A DNA stretch of 64,000 nucleotides from Jatrophihabitans sp. (GCA_025927835.1 JAICKR010000003.1:32-64031); one strand, 5' to 3'. Shown: positions 10,270 through 19,890, counted from the stretch's first letter. The notes: generated by a model from the sequence alone, not told the origin. Made by a program: numbers and translations.

Positions 10270-10286
10270 TTGATAACCATGTTCAT
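10270..10286. promoter_or_regulatory. Zur/Fur-like box
   Basis: AT-rich imperfect palindrome TTGATAACCATGTTCAT directly upstream of the metal ABC operon. Confidence 0.55.
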
Positions 10287-10351
10287 TTGCAACAACAGGT
10301 TAGCGCACGAGGGCAAGTCGGCACAACGCCGGGGACGCGACCCCGGACACG

Positions 10352-10387
10352 ACAGAGCCCCGGACGGTCTCCCGTCCGGGGCTCTGT
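10352..10387 (-). terminator. Terminator hairpin downstream of the CsbD-like genes
   Basis: Perfect 16-bp inverted repeat ACAGAGCCCCGGACGG / CCGTCCGGGGCTCTGT. Confidence 0.8.
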
Positions 10388-10412
10388 ACTGCTTATCGGT
10401 CAGTCGTGCCGC

Positions 10413-10616
10413 TCAGTCCTCGAGCGCCTCCTGACGCTGCTCGAGGGCGTCGGCCTTCTTCTCGTGCGCCTTCGCCTTCGCGCGATCCTCGGTCTCGTCG
10501 GTCTCGGCCTCGCCCTTGGTCTGCTGGGCGTTGCCCTCGGCCTTCAGGTTCTCGTCGTCGAGCGCGTCGCCGAGCTTCTCCTTGACCGCACCCTTGATGT
10601 TCTCGCCGATACCCAT
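10413..10616 (-). CDS. CsbD-like general stress protein
   Basis: MGIGENIKGAVKEKLGDALDDENLKAEGNAQQTKG CsbD pattern. Confidence 0.85.
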   Translation of the reverse strand: MGIGENIKGAVKEKLGDALDDENLKAEGNAQQTKGEAETDETEDRAKAKAHEKKADALEQRQEALED

Positions 10617-10873
10617 CAGCTCTTCACCGACTCCTTCCGCCGCTGCGCGGCCTTTTGCGCGCGCTGGGCAGTGCTCGCCTTCGCCTCGTTCTTGCGGGAC
10701 GACGCCTCGGCCTTGACCGCCTTCAGCCGCTCGGTTCCCTTGTCCTGCTGGACCTGTCCGGCCTTCTCCAGGCGGTCGTTCCCGACGACACTGCCGGCGA
10801 TCTCCTTGCCCAGCCCGGCGACCTTGTCGATCAGGCCCAAAGCGTTCTTGGTGTCGATCCGTGGAATACGCAT
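10616..10873 (-). CDS. CsbD-like general stress protein
   Basis: GLGKEIAGSVVGNDRLEKAGQVQQDKG pattern; translationally coupled to the next gene. Confidence 0.8.
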   Translation of the reverse strand: MRIPRIDTKNALGLIDKVAGLGKEIAGSVVGNDRLEKAGQVQQDKGTERLKAVKAEASSRKNEAKASTAQRAQKAAQRRKESVKS

Positions 10874-10882
10874 ACAACAGCG

Positions 10883-10909
10883 GTACCCCGTCACGGCCGC
10901 GGCGAATCA
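10883..10909 (-). promoter_or_regulatory. SigF/SigB-type stress promoter
   Basis: TGATT-N16-GGGTAC ending 9 nt before the ATG at 10873. Confidence 0.55.
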
Positions 10910-10948
10910 GCCTGCGGCCGTGACATGTTCCACGATTTCGTCGGGTCG

Positions 10949-11098
10949 CTACCTGGTGCCGTGCGACCAGCTGCCGCGGCGGGTGAACAGCCACAACACC
11001 GCGACGATGAGGATGAGCCACAGGATGGGGTGCACGATCAGGCCCAGCGCTGCGGCGATGACGACGATGATCAACGCGATCAGGATGTCCATCAGCAT
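10949..11098 (-). CDS. 49-aa small membrane protein (not in the ORF track)
   Basis: MLMDILIALIIVVIAAALGLIVHPILWLILIVAVLWLFTRRGSWSHGTR*; high GC3 codon usage. Confidence 0.7.
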   Translation of the reverse strand: MLMDILIALIIVVIAAALGLIVHPILWLILIVAVLWLFTRRGSWSHGTR

Positions 11099-11140
11099 GT
11101 CTTCACAGTGCCCACATATTGACCTCATCTATCTGTTACA

Positions 11141-12931
11141 TCAGGTGGGTCCATGGGCAGGTCGGATCAGCCGGAGGCCGTCGTCGAGGCGCTCGGTCGC
11201 ACCCTGCGCGTCGAGCAGCTCCAGCAGCGGGATCGTGACGCGGCGGCTCGTGCCGAGCACAGCGCCGGCCTCGCTCGCCGTGAACGGCTGCGGCAGCGCG
11301 GCGAGCCGGCGCGCGGCCTCGGCGGGCGCCGAGGGTGCGAGCACGATGTGCTCGCCGAGCCGGAGCACGCGCGCGCTCCGCTCGGCCGCGGCCAGCTCGC
11401 GCCGGCCGAGGCCGAGTTCGGTGAGCTCGTCCTTGAGCGGTGCCGCGAACGGGTCGAGTTGCAGCCGCGCCTCCAACCGTCGCAGCCCGCTCTCGGCGGC
11501 GCCGAGCGAGCGCGGCCCGGTGGACGCATGGACCCGCCCGTCGCGCACCGGCAGGCCGGCCGCTGTGGCGACGGCCGCCGCAATGGCGTCGGTCGGCACG
11601 TCGAGGGCGCGGCGCAGCGCGGCGAGCGGCATCGCCGGCTCGAGCGCGTCACGCTGCGCCCACGTCTCGACGGCGCGCACGGCGGCCGCCGACCAGCGCT
11701 GCCACGCCGACTCGTCGAGGAGCCAGCCGTCGATCTCCCGTACGCCCTCCGGCACGCGTCCCCCGAGCTCGGCAAGCTTGGCGTGCTGCATGGCGCCGCG
11801 TCGGGCGATCTCGCGGATCGGGTCGACCTCGGCGTCGAAGGCGACGAGCTCGGCGGCACGCACCGCGGCTGCGCCGCGCCGGGTGAGCGGCGGCGGGTCG
11901 GCGTCGAGCACGGTGACCCCGGCCGCGACGGTCTGACGTCCCGGGTCGCGCAGCACCGCCCGGTCACCGGCGCGGATCGGCACCGCGCCGTCGAGCTGCA
12001 ACCGAGCCAGCACGTCGTCGCCGTCGTCGCCGAGCACCCGCACCCGCACCGGTACCGCCGCGGTACCGAAGTGCAGCATCTGCTGCGCCGGCAACGGTTC
12101 GCCGGGTCGGACGCGGAGCCGGGCGTCGACCTGCGCGGCGTGATGCCATGCCTTCGGCGCGAGAACCGCATCACCGCGGGCCACCTCGTCGAGCCGGATT
12201 CCGCGCAGGTTCAGCGCGACGCGGGCCGGCCCCTCGACCCGCCTGCGCGCACTGCCCAGGCACTGAATGCCGCGCACGGTGAGCGGCCGGCCGCGCAGCT
12301 CGAGCACGTCGTCGACCTCGATGCGGCCCGTCCCGAGCGTGCCGGTGACCACCGTGCCGCTGCCCCGCACCGTGAACGCGCGATCGATCCAGAGCCGCGC
12401 TGGAGCGTCCGGGTCGGGTACGGGCAGCCGGTCGACGAGGCGTTGCAAGGCGGCGCGCAGCTCGTCCAGTCCGGCGCCGGTCGCGGCCGAAACCGCAACC
12501 GCCTCGACGGTGCCGAGCGAGGAACCGGCCAGCCGCGCGCGTGCTTGCTCGATTGCGCCGGCCGGGTCGGCGAGGTCGCTGCGCGTCACAGCCAGCAACG
12601 CGTGCTCGATGCCGAGTGCATCGGCCGCCGCGAGGTGCTCCTCCGACTGCCGCGCCCAACCCTCGTCCGCCGCGACGACGAACAGCACCGCAGGCGCCGG
12701 TCCGAGCCCGGCGAGCATGTTGGCGATGAAGCGCTGGTGACCCGGCACGTCGACGAACGCGATCTCCTCGCCGCTCGGCAGCTGCGTCCACGCATAGCCG
12801 AGGTCGATCGTCATGCCGCGCCGCCGCTCCTCGGCCCAGCGGTCGGGCTCCATGCCGGTCAGTGCGCGCACGAGTGTCGACTTGCCGTGATCGACGTGCC
12901 CGGCTGTGGCGAGCACGCGCACCGTGATCAC
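11141..12931 (-). CDS. selB: Selenocysteine-specific elongation factor
   Basis: GHVDHGKS, GMTIDLGY, DVPGH, C-terminal winged helix (GTSRRVTIPLLELLD); adjacent to tRNA-Sec. Confidence 0.95.
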   Translation of the reverse strand: MITVRVLATAGHVDHGKSTLVRALTGMEPDRWAEERRRGMTIDLGYAWTQLPSGEEIAFVDVPGHQRFIANMLAGLGPAPAVLFVVAADEGWARQSEEHLAAADALGIEHALLAVTRSDLADPAGAIEQARARLAGSSLGTVEAVAVSAATGAGLDELRAALQRLVDRLPVPDPDAPARLWIDRAFTVRGSGTVVTGTLGTGRIEVDDVLELRGRPLTVRGIQCLGSARRRVEGPARVALNLRGIRLDEVARGDAVLAPKAWHHAAQVDARLRVRPGEPLPAQQMLHFGTAAVPVRVRVLGDDGDDVLARLQLDGAVPIRAGDRAVLRDPGRQTVAAGVTVLDADPPPLTRRGAAAVRAAELVAFDAEVDPIREIARRGAMQHAKLAELGGRVPEGVREIDGWLLDESAWQRWSAAAVRAVETWAQRDALEPAMPLAALRRALDVPTDAIAAAVATAAGLPVRDGRVHASTGPRSLGAAESGLRRLEARLQLDPFAAPLKDELTELGLGRRELAAAERSARVLRLGEHIVLAPSAPAEAARRLAALPQPFTASEAGAVLGTSRRVTIPLLELLDAQGATERLDDGLRLIRPAHGPT

Positions 12932-12958
12932 CTCGTCTCGAACGCGACGCGACGTACG

Positions 12959-13051
12959 CGGAGGCGGACGGGAATCGAACCCGCCAAGCCGAGATACTCG
13001 GCTTCACCGGTTTTGAAGACCGGGAGGGCCACCAGGCGCCTGTACGCCTCC
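12959..13051 (-). tRNA. selC: tRNA-Sec (anticodon TCA)
   Basis: GGAGGCGT...CCGGTCTTCAAAACCGG...long variable arm...GGGTTCGATTCCC...CGCCTCCG; 93 nt. Confidence 0.95.
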
Positions 13052-13073
13052 GACACCAACGCTACTGAGTAGC

Positions 13074-14075
13074 GTGAACAACGTGGCAAGCGCCTCGGCC
13101 GGGCTGCGGCTCACGCAGTACGCCTCCGGTGGCGGCTGCGCCTGCAAGATCCCACCCCGCGAGCTGGAGACGCTGCTGCGCGGCTTGAGTCCAGCTCCCT
13201 TCGAACACCTGATCGTCGGGCTCGACGGCGGCGACGACGCGGCGGTCGTCTCGATCGACGGCGACCTCGCGGTGGTCGCGACCGCCGACTTCTTCACCCC
13301 CGTCGTGGACGACGCCTACGACTGGGGACGCATCGCCGCGGCGAACGCGCTATCGGACGTCTACGCGATGGGCGGCCGGCCGGTGGTCGCGGTGAACCTC
13401 GTCGGCTGGCCGCGCGAGAAGCTGCCGCTCGAGGTCTTGCGCGAGGTGTTGCGCGGCGGTGCGGATGTCGCGCGCGGCGCGGGCTGCCCGGTTGCCGGCG
13501 GGCACAGCATCGACGATCCGGAGCCGAAGTACGGCATGGCGGTGACCGGTGTCGCCGACGCGAAGCGGCTGATCCGCAACGACGCCGCGCGGGCCGGCGT
13601 GCCGCTCACCCTCACCAAGCCGCTCGGCGTCGGCGTGCTGAACAACCGGCACAAGGCGACCGGCGAACAGTTCCCCCACGCCGTCGAATCGATGGCGGCG
13701 CTGAACGACAAGGCGTCGCAGGCGGCGCTCGAGGCGGGCATCGTCGCCGGCACCGACGTCACCGGGTTCGGCCTGCTCGGACACCTGCTCAAGATGGTCC
13801 GGGCGGCCGGCGTCAGCGCGGTTCTGGACGCCGCGGCCGTGCCCTATCTCGACGGCGCCCGCGAAGCGTTGCGCGACGGCTACGTCAGCGGCGGCACGCG
13901 CCGCAACCTCGAGTGGGTGCGTCCGCAGCTGGCCGACGGAGTGGGCGAGGACGAACTCCTGCTGCTGGCCGACGCACAGACCAGCGGCGGACTACTACTC
14001 GCCGGGGAGATCCCGGGCTCGCCGGTGATCGGTGAGTTGGTCCTGCGGGGGGAGCACGCGATCCGCATCCGCTGA
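13074..14075 (+). CDS. selD: Selenide, water dikinase (Cys form)
   Basis: GGGCACKIP, DDAAV, DFFTP, ANALSDVYAMGG, DVTGFGLLGH, DAQTSGGLL. Confidence 0.96.
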   Translation: MNNVASASAGLRLTQYASGGGCACKIPPRELETLLRGLSPAPFEHLIVGLDGGDDAAVVSIDGDLAVVATADFFTPVVDDAYDWGRIAAANALSDVYAMGGRPVVAVNLVGWPREKLPLEVLREVLRGGADVARGAGCPVAGGHSIDDPEPKYGMAVTGVADAKRLIRNDAARAGVPLTLTKPLGVGVLNNRHKATGEQFPHAVESMAALNDKASQAALEAGIVAGTDVTGFGLLGHLLKMVRAAGVSAVLDAAAVPYLDGAREALRDGYVSGGTRRNLEWVRPQLADGVGEDELLLLADAQTSGGLLLAGEIPGSPVIGELVLRGEHAIRIR

Positions 14076-14110
14076 GGACGGGAACCGGCGGGTGCTGGCG
14101 ACGTGGGACC

Positions 14111-14136
14111 GGTTTGAATCCCGGCGTGCTGGGAAA
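14111..14136 (+). promoter_or_regulatory. Possible SigB/SigF-type promoter
   Basis: GGTTTGA-N13-GGGAAA upstream of a small membrane ORF. Confidence 0.35.
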
Positions 14137-14176
14137 ACTGCCCGACGGGAGGGGGCTTCCATCCGAGGAGACGACT

Positions 14177-14407
14177 GTGCTCGGGGTCGCCGGAAGCCTG
14201 TTTTCCATCGCGATCGGTGCCGTCCTGACGTGGGCCGTCGCGGACAACTCCGCCGGTGTGGTTCTGATCATCATCGGCGCGGTCTGTCTGATCGTCACCG
14301 GACTTCGGATGACAACCCGTGGCGGCACGGACGGGGCCGAGCCGAACGGATACCGTGCGCTCCACTCGTACCAACCGCCTGGGCGCCGCTTCCTCAACAG
14401 GCGGTGA
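14177..14407 (+). CDS. Small two-TM membrane protein, possibly degraded
   Basis: GAGGAG RBS; VLGVAGSLFSIAIGAVLTWAV...GVVLIIIGAVCLIV. Confidence 0.5.
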   Translation: MLGVAGSLFSIAIGAVLTWAVADNSAGVVLIIIGAVCLIVTGLRMTTRGGTDGAEPNGYRALHSYQPPGRRFLNRR

Positions 14408-14487
14408 TCAACCCGGTCGTCGCGCCAACGATTACCGACCTGTGACGGATCGGTCGGGCGAGCCGATCCGGCAACTAGCGTGCACAT

Positions 14488-15867
14488 GTGGCGAGTGCGG
14501 TCCGGCTACTCCCGTCCCGGCAGGTGCTCACGCGCGGTGCGCGGGTGGACGCTCGTTGGGCGCGCGCAGGCATCGCAGCGGCCGTCGCCCTCATGATCGT
14601 TGCGCTCGTGATCCCGCCGCTGTCCGGTTGGGACGTCGACCGCGGCGGCGGTGCGCCCCTCGCGAACACCGGATGGCGGCCGCGGCTCGGTCCGGGAACC
14701 GGGCCGGCCGTGCTGCTCGGGTTGGCCGCATTCCGTTGGGCGCCCGCGCTCTTCGCGCGACTGCGCTGGCCGCAGACTCTCCTGGTCGCGTATGCAGCAG
14801 GTCTCGGCTGGCTGGTCAGTCTCGCCACGGTCGACGGCTCGGCCGGCATCGGCCGGGTGTTGGCGCTACCGGACGAATACCTGCCGACTGCGCGGCGCGT
14901 GACCGACATCGGGGCGATGCTGCGCGGCTTCGTCGATCGCATCCCGCTGGACGCGGTCAACAGCTGGCCGACGCATGTCGCCGGGCACCCACCCGGCGCT
15001 TTGCTGTTCTTCGTCCTGCTCGCTCGGCTGGGTTTGGGTGGCGGGGTCGCGGCGGGCCTCGTCGTGATCGTGATCGCGGCGAGCGTCCCGGTTGCCGTGT
15101 TGCTGACGCTGCGCCGTCTCGGTGCCGAATCGCTCGCGCGGCGTGCGGCTCCGTTACTCGTCTTCGGGCCGGCCGCGATCTGGCTTGCCGTCTCGGCCGA
15201 CGCCGTGTTCGCGGCCGTCGCCGCGTGGGCGCTGTGCGCGCTCGCGTACGCAGCGGACACGCGCAACGCCCCACGGCACCCGGGCGGCTTCGGGCTGGTG
15301 GCCGGCATGCTGTTCGGCTTGTGCGCGTTCTTCTCGTACGGCCTGCCGTTGATCGGCGTGCTCGCGGTGGCCGTGTTGATCGTCGCGCGAACCGTTCGGC
15401 CGGTGGGTTGGGTGCTTGCCGGCATTGCCGCCGTCGTCGGGATGTACGCCGTTGCCGGCTTCACCCTCTTCGACGCCTACCCCGTGCTGCGCACCCGCTA
15501 CTACGCGGGCATCGCGTCCGCACGCCCGGCGGCGTATTGGGTGTGGGGCGACCTTGCCGCGCTCTGCTTCAGCGCCGGTCCGGTGGTGGGCGCCTCGTTG
15601 GCACTGGCCGTACGGCACTGGCAGACCCGGCGAACCGACGTAACCACCCGAGTAGCGACGCACCTCGTCGCCGCAGCAGCAACTGCGGTCGTGCTCGCCG
15701 ACCTGTCGTTCATGAGCAAGGCCGAGGTGCAGCGCATCTGGCTGCCGTTCGTACCCTGGCTCCTACTCGGTGCTGCGCTGCTCCCCCACCGGTGGCGGCG
15801 ACTCGCGCTCGGCGGGCAGCTGGTCTTTGCGGTCGCGCTGCAGACGCTGCTCACCACCCGCTGGTAG
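14488..15867 (+). CDS. Polytopic membrane protein, GT-C-like glycosyltransferase candidate
   Basis: About 11 hydrophobic segments, EYL and HVAGHPPG loops, SKAEVQRIWLPF motif. Confidence 0.7.
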   Translation: MASAVRLLPSRQVLTRGARVDARWARAGIAAAVALMIVALVIPPLSGWDVDRGGGAPLANTGWRPRLGPGTGPAVLLGLAAFRWAPALFARLRWPQTLLVAYAAGLGWLVSLATVDGSAGIGRVLALPDEYLPTARRVTDIGAMLRGFVDRIPLDAVNSWPTHVAGHPPGALLFFVLLARLGLGGGVAAGLVVIVIAASVPVAVLLTLRRLGAESLARRAAPLLVFGPAAIWLAVSADAVFAAVAAWALCALAYAADTRNAPRHPGGFGLVAGMLFGLCAFFSYGLPLIGVLAVAVLIVARTVRPVGWVLAGIAAVVGMYAVAGFTLFDAYPVLRTRYYAGIASARPAAYWVWGDLAALCFSAGPVVGASLALAVRHWQTRRTDVTTRVATHLVAAAATAVVLADLSFMSKAEVQRIWLPFVPWLLLGAALLPHRWRRLALGGQLVFAVALQTLLTTRW

Positions 15868-16290
15868 CGCCGGGCCGTTCGCCGAGCGCCGCTCGCGCAC
15901 GACGTGCAACGCGTACGCGAGCACGGTCACGCCGGCGATCAGCGAGACCACGATGCCGAGATGCGCGGCGTAGTTCTGCTGGAGCAGCGCCTTGCTTCGC
16001 GGCTGGCTGTTGCGCCGGGCGATCAGCGGGATGGCGATCACCGTCACGGGCACGGCCACGACCAACGCGGTCTGCACGTACCGGCGCGCGCTTGGCGGCA
16101 GATGCGCAAGCACCGTGCCGAATGCCAGGACGAGTGGTGACAACACGCCGTCGTGGATCAGCACGGCAGCAATGAGCCACAGCGCGAGCACGACCAAGTT
16201 GAGGAAGGGGATCTCGGTGAGAAGGCGGAAGAGCCCGAAACCCAGCAGCGCGATCCCCGGTGTCGCGAAGGCCAAGCGCCACGCCCGCAT
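15763..16290 (-). CDS. Membrane protein coupled to the molybdoenzyme gene
   Basis: Four TM segments, LIHDGVLSP motif; 3' end overlaps the convergent gene. Confidence 0.7.
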   Translation of the reverse strand: MRAWRLAFATPGIALLGFGLFRLLTEIPFLNLVVLALWLIAAVLIHDGVLSPLVLAFGTVLAHLPPSARRYVQTALVVAVPVTVIAIPLIARRNSQPRSKALLQQNYAAHLGIVVSLIAGVTVLAYALHVVRERRSANGPALPAGGEQRLQRDRKDQLPAERESPPPVGEQRSTE

Positions 16291-17495
16291 CAGGTCACCT
16301 CGATGCGGCGCAGCCACTTGGTGTTCAGCACACCGGCCCGGTTCGGCGCGATCAAGCGCAACGGATATCCGTGGTCGAGGTCGAGTCGATCGCCGTTCAG
16401 ATGCGTGGCGAGCAGCGCGTGCGCGACCTGGGGACCAGCGATCGAGCTGTGGTTGTACTGACTGTGCAACTCCAACGAGTGCACGTCCACGCGGGAGTCC
16501 GCGTCCCCACCTGCGCGTCGCACGACGTCGAGCAGTCGCACGCCGCGCCAGTCGGCGCCGACGCTCCAACCCTCGACGCAGGTGATGGGCAGGTGCGCCT
16601 CATGACCGGCCAGCACCTCGATGTCGGTGAGGGTCAGCCGGAACGGCCGCGGGCCCACCACCTCCAACAACCAGCCGGGATCGGTTGCCGTCGCACGGAC
16701 GCCGGCCTGTGCGGAGGTCTTGTTCACCGGTACCCGCTGCGGCGCGTTGCTCGATTCGCGTACGGCGAGCAGCCCGACGGGTGCGAGCGGCGTGATCGTG
16801 TCACCGATGGTGGTGAGCACGGCGACACCGATCCCGGCGCCGGTGGCAGCCAGCAGGCCCCGTCGCGAGATCCCCGTCGTCGGCGGCGGCGCGACGGGAC
16901 CCGCGTTGCTGTGCGACGCCGGATTCTCGGTCCACGGAACCTCGGTCAGCACGTCCCCGTCGGCAACCTTGACGCCGAGGCCGTATCTGATGTCCGGCAG
17001 TTTCACCGCGACGTGCACCAGTACCGAGCCGATCACGACGTAGGCGAGAAAGCGGTGGACGGGTACGAAGCTCCACGCCCACGGATACCAGTTGAGGACG
17101 TTGAAGAAGCCGGTGAACAGCTGAACCAGTGAGGCGGAGACGAGAACGAAGACGCTGAGGCGTTCGAGCGCGTGCCGCACCGACGCGACAGGCGGCCAGT
17201 GGAACAGGTTCGGGTAGACCGACCACAACTTCACGAGCAGTAACGGGATCGCCGCGGTGCCGGTGGCGACGTGCACGCCCTGCGTTACGCGGTACAACCA
17301 CACGGGGCTCGCAGGTTCGGGCAGCCAGGACCACGGGTGGTACTGGTAATGGCTCAGCAGCCCGGTCACGAAGCAGATGCCGAAACAGATGCCGAGGACG
17401 CGCCCGAGCCGCGCCGTCACCGCGGTCGAGCGCAGCGGGCTGCGAAACTGCGGCCAGCGCTCCGGGCGGCGACGGGGTTCCGCTCGGTCGCTCAT
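16290..17495 (-). CDS. Membrane-anchored sulfite-oxidase-family (MsrP-like) molybdopterin oxidoreductase
   Basis: N-terminal His-containing TMs, LPITCVEGWS, DHGYPLRLIAPNRAGVLNTKWL. Confidence 0.88.
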   Translation of the reverse strand: MSDRAEPRRRPERWPQFRSPLRSTAVTARLGRVLGICFGICFVTGLLSHYQYHPWSWLPEPASPVWLYRVTQGVHVATGTAAIPLLLVKLWSVYPNLFHWPPVASVRHALERLSVFVLVSASLVQLFTGFFNVLNWYPWAWSFVPVHRFLAYVVIGSVLVHVAVKLPDIRYGLGVKVADGDVLTEVPWTENPASHSNAGPVAPPPTTGISRRGLLAATGAGIGVAVLTTIGDTITPLAPVGLLAVRESSNAPQRVPVNKTSAQAGVRATATDPGWLLEVVGPRPFRLTLTDIEVLAGHEAHLPITCVEGWSVGADWRGVRLLDVVRRAGGDADSRVDVHSLELHSQYNHSSIAGPQVAHALLATHLNGDRLDLDHGYPLRLIAPNRAGVLNTKWLRRIEVT

Positions 17496-18505
17496 CGCAC
17501 GAGTTCTGCGACGCCGCTCTCGAAGTCGACGAGCGGGTGCCAGTCGAGCTCACGACGGGCCCGCGCCGAGTCGGCGGTGATGTGCCGGACGTCGCCCAGC
17601 CGGAACTCACCCGTGATCTGCGGCGCCGGCCCGCCACTCGCGTCCGCCGCCGCCGCCGCAAGCTCGCCGACCGTCCGGGGCGTGCCGGAGCCGACGTTGA
17701 GCGCCACGAAGCCGCCGCGTTCGACGGCGATGGCCGCGACGGTCGCGGCCGCCACGTCACGGACGTGGACGAAGTCGCGGCGCTGGCCACCGTCTTCGAA
17801 GACGCGCGGTGCCTGCCCGTCCCGCAGCGCGGACGCGAAGATCGCCGCGACGCCGGCATAGGGCGTGTTGCGCGGCATGCCCGGGCCGTACACGTTGTGG
17901 TAGCGAAGCGCGACGACCCCGCCTCCGGTCTCTCGTGCCCACGACGCCGCGAAGTGCTCCTGCGCGACCTTGCTCGCCGCGTACCCGTTGCGCGGGTCGA
18001 GCGGCGCCGACTCGGAGACGACGGCCGGCTCGAGCGGCACGCCACACCGCACGCATCTCGGCTCGAAGAGCCCCGCACGCAGATCGGCCTCCAGCCGCGG
18101 CGCCGGTGCGCTGCTGCCGTGCACGCGACACGTGGCGAGACCTTCGCCGTACACGACCATCGAACTGGCGAGTACGAGGTGGGTGACCCCGGCGCTCGCC
18201 ATCGCGGCGAGGAGCACGGCCGTGCCACGCACATTGCGGTCGGCGTAGTCCGGCAGATCCGCGGTGTCCACGCCGAGGCCGACCTTCGCCGCGAGATGGC
18301 ACACCGCGTCGGCGCCGCGCAGCGCCGCACTCATCTCGTCGCGATCCCGTACGTCGGCAACCACCAGGTCCGGCGCGGAGCCACCGCCGGCACCGCCGTC
18401 CGGTCTCGCCGCGTCGACGATCACCGCATCGTGTCCGACGCAACGCAGTCGTTCGACGACCTGCCGGCCGATGAAACCGGCTCCACCGGTGACGACGATG
18501 CGCAC
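17492..18505 (-). CDS. NAD-dependent epimerase/dehydratase
   Basis: VTGGAGFIG, YAASK, RYHNVYGP, RDFVHV; extra CxxH/CxxC insert. Confidence 0.92.
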   Translation of the reverse strand: MRIVVTGGAGFIGRQVVERLRCVGHDAVIVDAARPDGGAGGGSAPDLVVADVRDRDEMSAALRGADAVCHLAAKVGLGVDTADLPDYADRNVRGTAVLLAAMASAGVTHLVLASSMVVYGEGLATCRVHGSSAPAPRLEADLRAGLFEPRCVRCGVPLEPAVVSESAPLDPRNGYAASKVAQEHFAASWARETGGGVVALRYHNVYGPGMPRNTPYAGVAAIFASALRDGQAPRVFEDGGQRRDFVHVRDVAAATVAAIAVERGGFVALNVGSGTPRTVGELAAAAADASGGPAPQITGEFRLGDVRHITADSARARRELDWHPLVDFESGVAELVR

Positions 18506-18607
18506 CAACTCACCCTGACACGAGCGGGTCGGCGTGGGTCTTACGAAATCATGACCGCGGCCGACAAGCAGCCCGAGCAACGCCCGCGCCCCGTTAGCGT
18601 CCGAAGC

Positions 18608-19255
18608 ATGGAGATCGACGTCGTGCTGCCCTGCCTCGACGAGGCGAAAGCGCTGCCGTGGGTACTCGACCGGATCCCGGACGGCGCACGCGCGATCGTC
18701 GTCGACAACGGCTCGACGGACCGATCCGCGAGGCTGGCGCGGCACCTGGGCGCCACGGTCATCGACTGCCCCACCCGCGGCTACGGCGCCGCCTGCCATG
18801 CCGGGCTGCTCGCCGCGACCGCGCCCCACGTCGCGTTCTGCGACTGTGACGGCTCGCTCGATCCGCGTGACGTTCGAAAGCTCGCCGCCGCGCTCGATGC
18901 CGGCGCCGACCTGGCGATCTGCCGTCGCAGGCCGACGACGCGTGGCGCGTTCCCGGCGCCGGCGCGCGTCGCCAACATCGAACTCGCGCGCCAGGTGCGC
19001 AGGCGCTGCGGTGCACCGGTGCGCGACGTCGGGCCGATGCGTGTCGCGCGGCGGATCGCGCTGCTCGACCTCGACATCGGCGATCGACGCTCCGGATATC
19101 CCGTGGAGACCGTGGTGCGCGCAGCGCAGTCCGGCTGGCGGATCGTGCAGGTCGACGTCGACTACCGTCCGCGGCTCGGCCGGTCGAAGGTCACCGGCAA
19201 CGCACGGGGTTACCTGAGCGCCATCCGCGACGCGCGCGCTGCGCTGGCGTCATGA
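18608..19255 (+). CDS. Glycosyltransferase family 2
   Basis: VVLPCLDE, VDNGSTD, GYGAA, DCDGS, GRSKVTG. Confidence 0.9.
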   Translation: MEIDVVLPCLDEAKALPWVLDRIPDGARAIVVDNGSTDRSARLARHLGATVIDCPTRGYGAACHAGLLAATAPHVAFCDCDGSLDPRDVRKLAAALDAGADLAICRRRPTTRGAFPAPARVANIELARQVRRRCGAPVRDVGPMRVARRIALLDLDIGDRRSGYPVETVVRAAQSGWRIVQVDVDYRPRLGRSKVTGNARGYLSAIRDARAALAS

Positions 19256-19890
19256 TCGACACGTTGATCGTGCTCGCGAAGCGACCGCTCGCGGGCCGGG
19301 TCAAGACGCGGCTGTCTCCACCGCTGACAGGGCAACAGGCAGCCGACGTGGCCGCCGCCGCACTGGCCGACACGCTGGCCGTCGCCGCACGAACTCCGGC
19401 GCTCCGGCACGTGCTCGCCTTCGACGGGCCGGCCGCCCCATGGCTGCCGCCCGAGTGGGTCTTCTACAAGCAGCCCGCCGGATCCCTGGACAGCCGGATT
19501 GCCGCGGCGTTCGCCGAGGCGGGGCGCGGCACGACGGTTCTCATCGGCATGGACACCCCCCACCTGCGGCCCGAGATGCTGACGGCTTTCGACCCGCAGC
19601 GCTATCACGCCTGTCTCGGCCGGGCCACCGACGGCGGGTTCTGGGCCATCGGACTGCGCGATCCGGCTGCGGCGCGCGCCGTCATCGAGGGCGTGCCGAT
19701 GTCGACGGCGCACACGGGCGACGTGCAACTGCATCGTCTGCGCGCGCACGCGCTTCACGTACAGCTGCTCGGCGAGCTGACCGACGTCGACACGATCGAC
19801 GACGCCGACCACGTCGCGGCGCTGGCACCCGCCGGCCTGTTCGCCGAGACGCTGCGCCGCGTCCGGCCCGAGCTCGTTGCGGCGCGCTGA
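19252..19890 (+). CDS. DUF2064/TIGR04282-like transferase (CofC-like fold)
   Basis: AKRPLAGRVKTRL, LIGMDTP, LGRATDGGFWAIG, LTDVDT. Confidence 0.85.
   Translation: MIDTLIVLAKRPLAGRVKTRLSPPLTGQQAADVAAAALADTLAVAARTPALRHVLAFDGPAAPWLPPEWVFYKQPAGSLDSRIAAAFAEAGRGTTVLIGMDTPHLRPEMLTAFDPQRYHACLGRATDGGFWAIGLRDPAAARAVIEGVPMSTAHTGDVQLHRLRAHALHVQLLGELTDVDTIDDADHVAALAPAGLFAETLRRVRPELVAAR

Noticed and set aside
13074-13160. SelD as a selenoprotein
   Set aside because: The active-site motif is encoded TGC-GCC-TGC (CAC); there is no TGA
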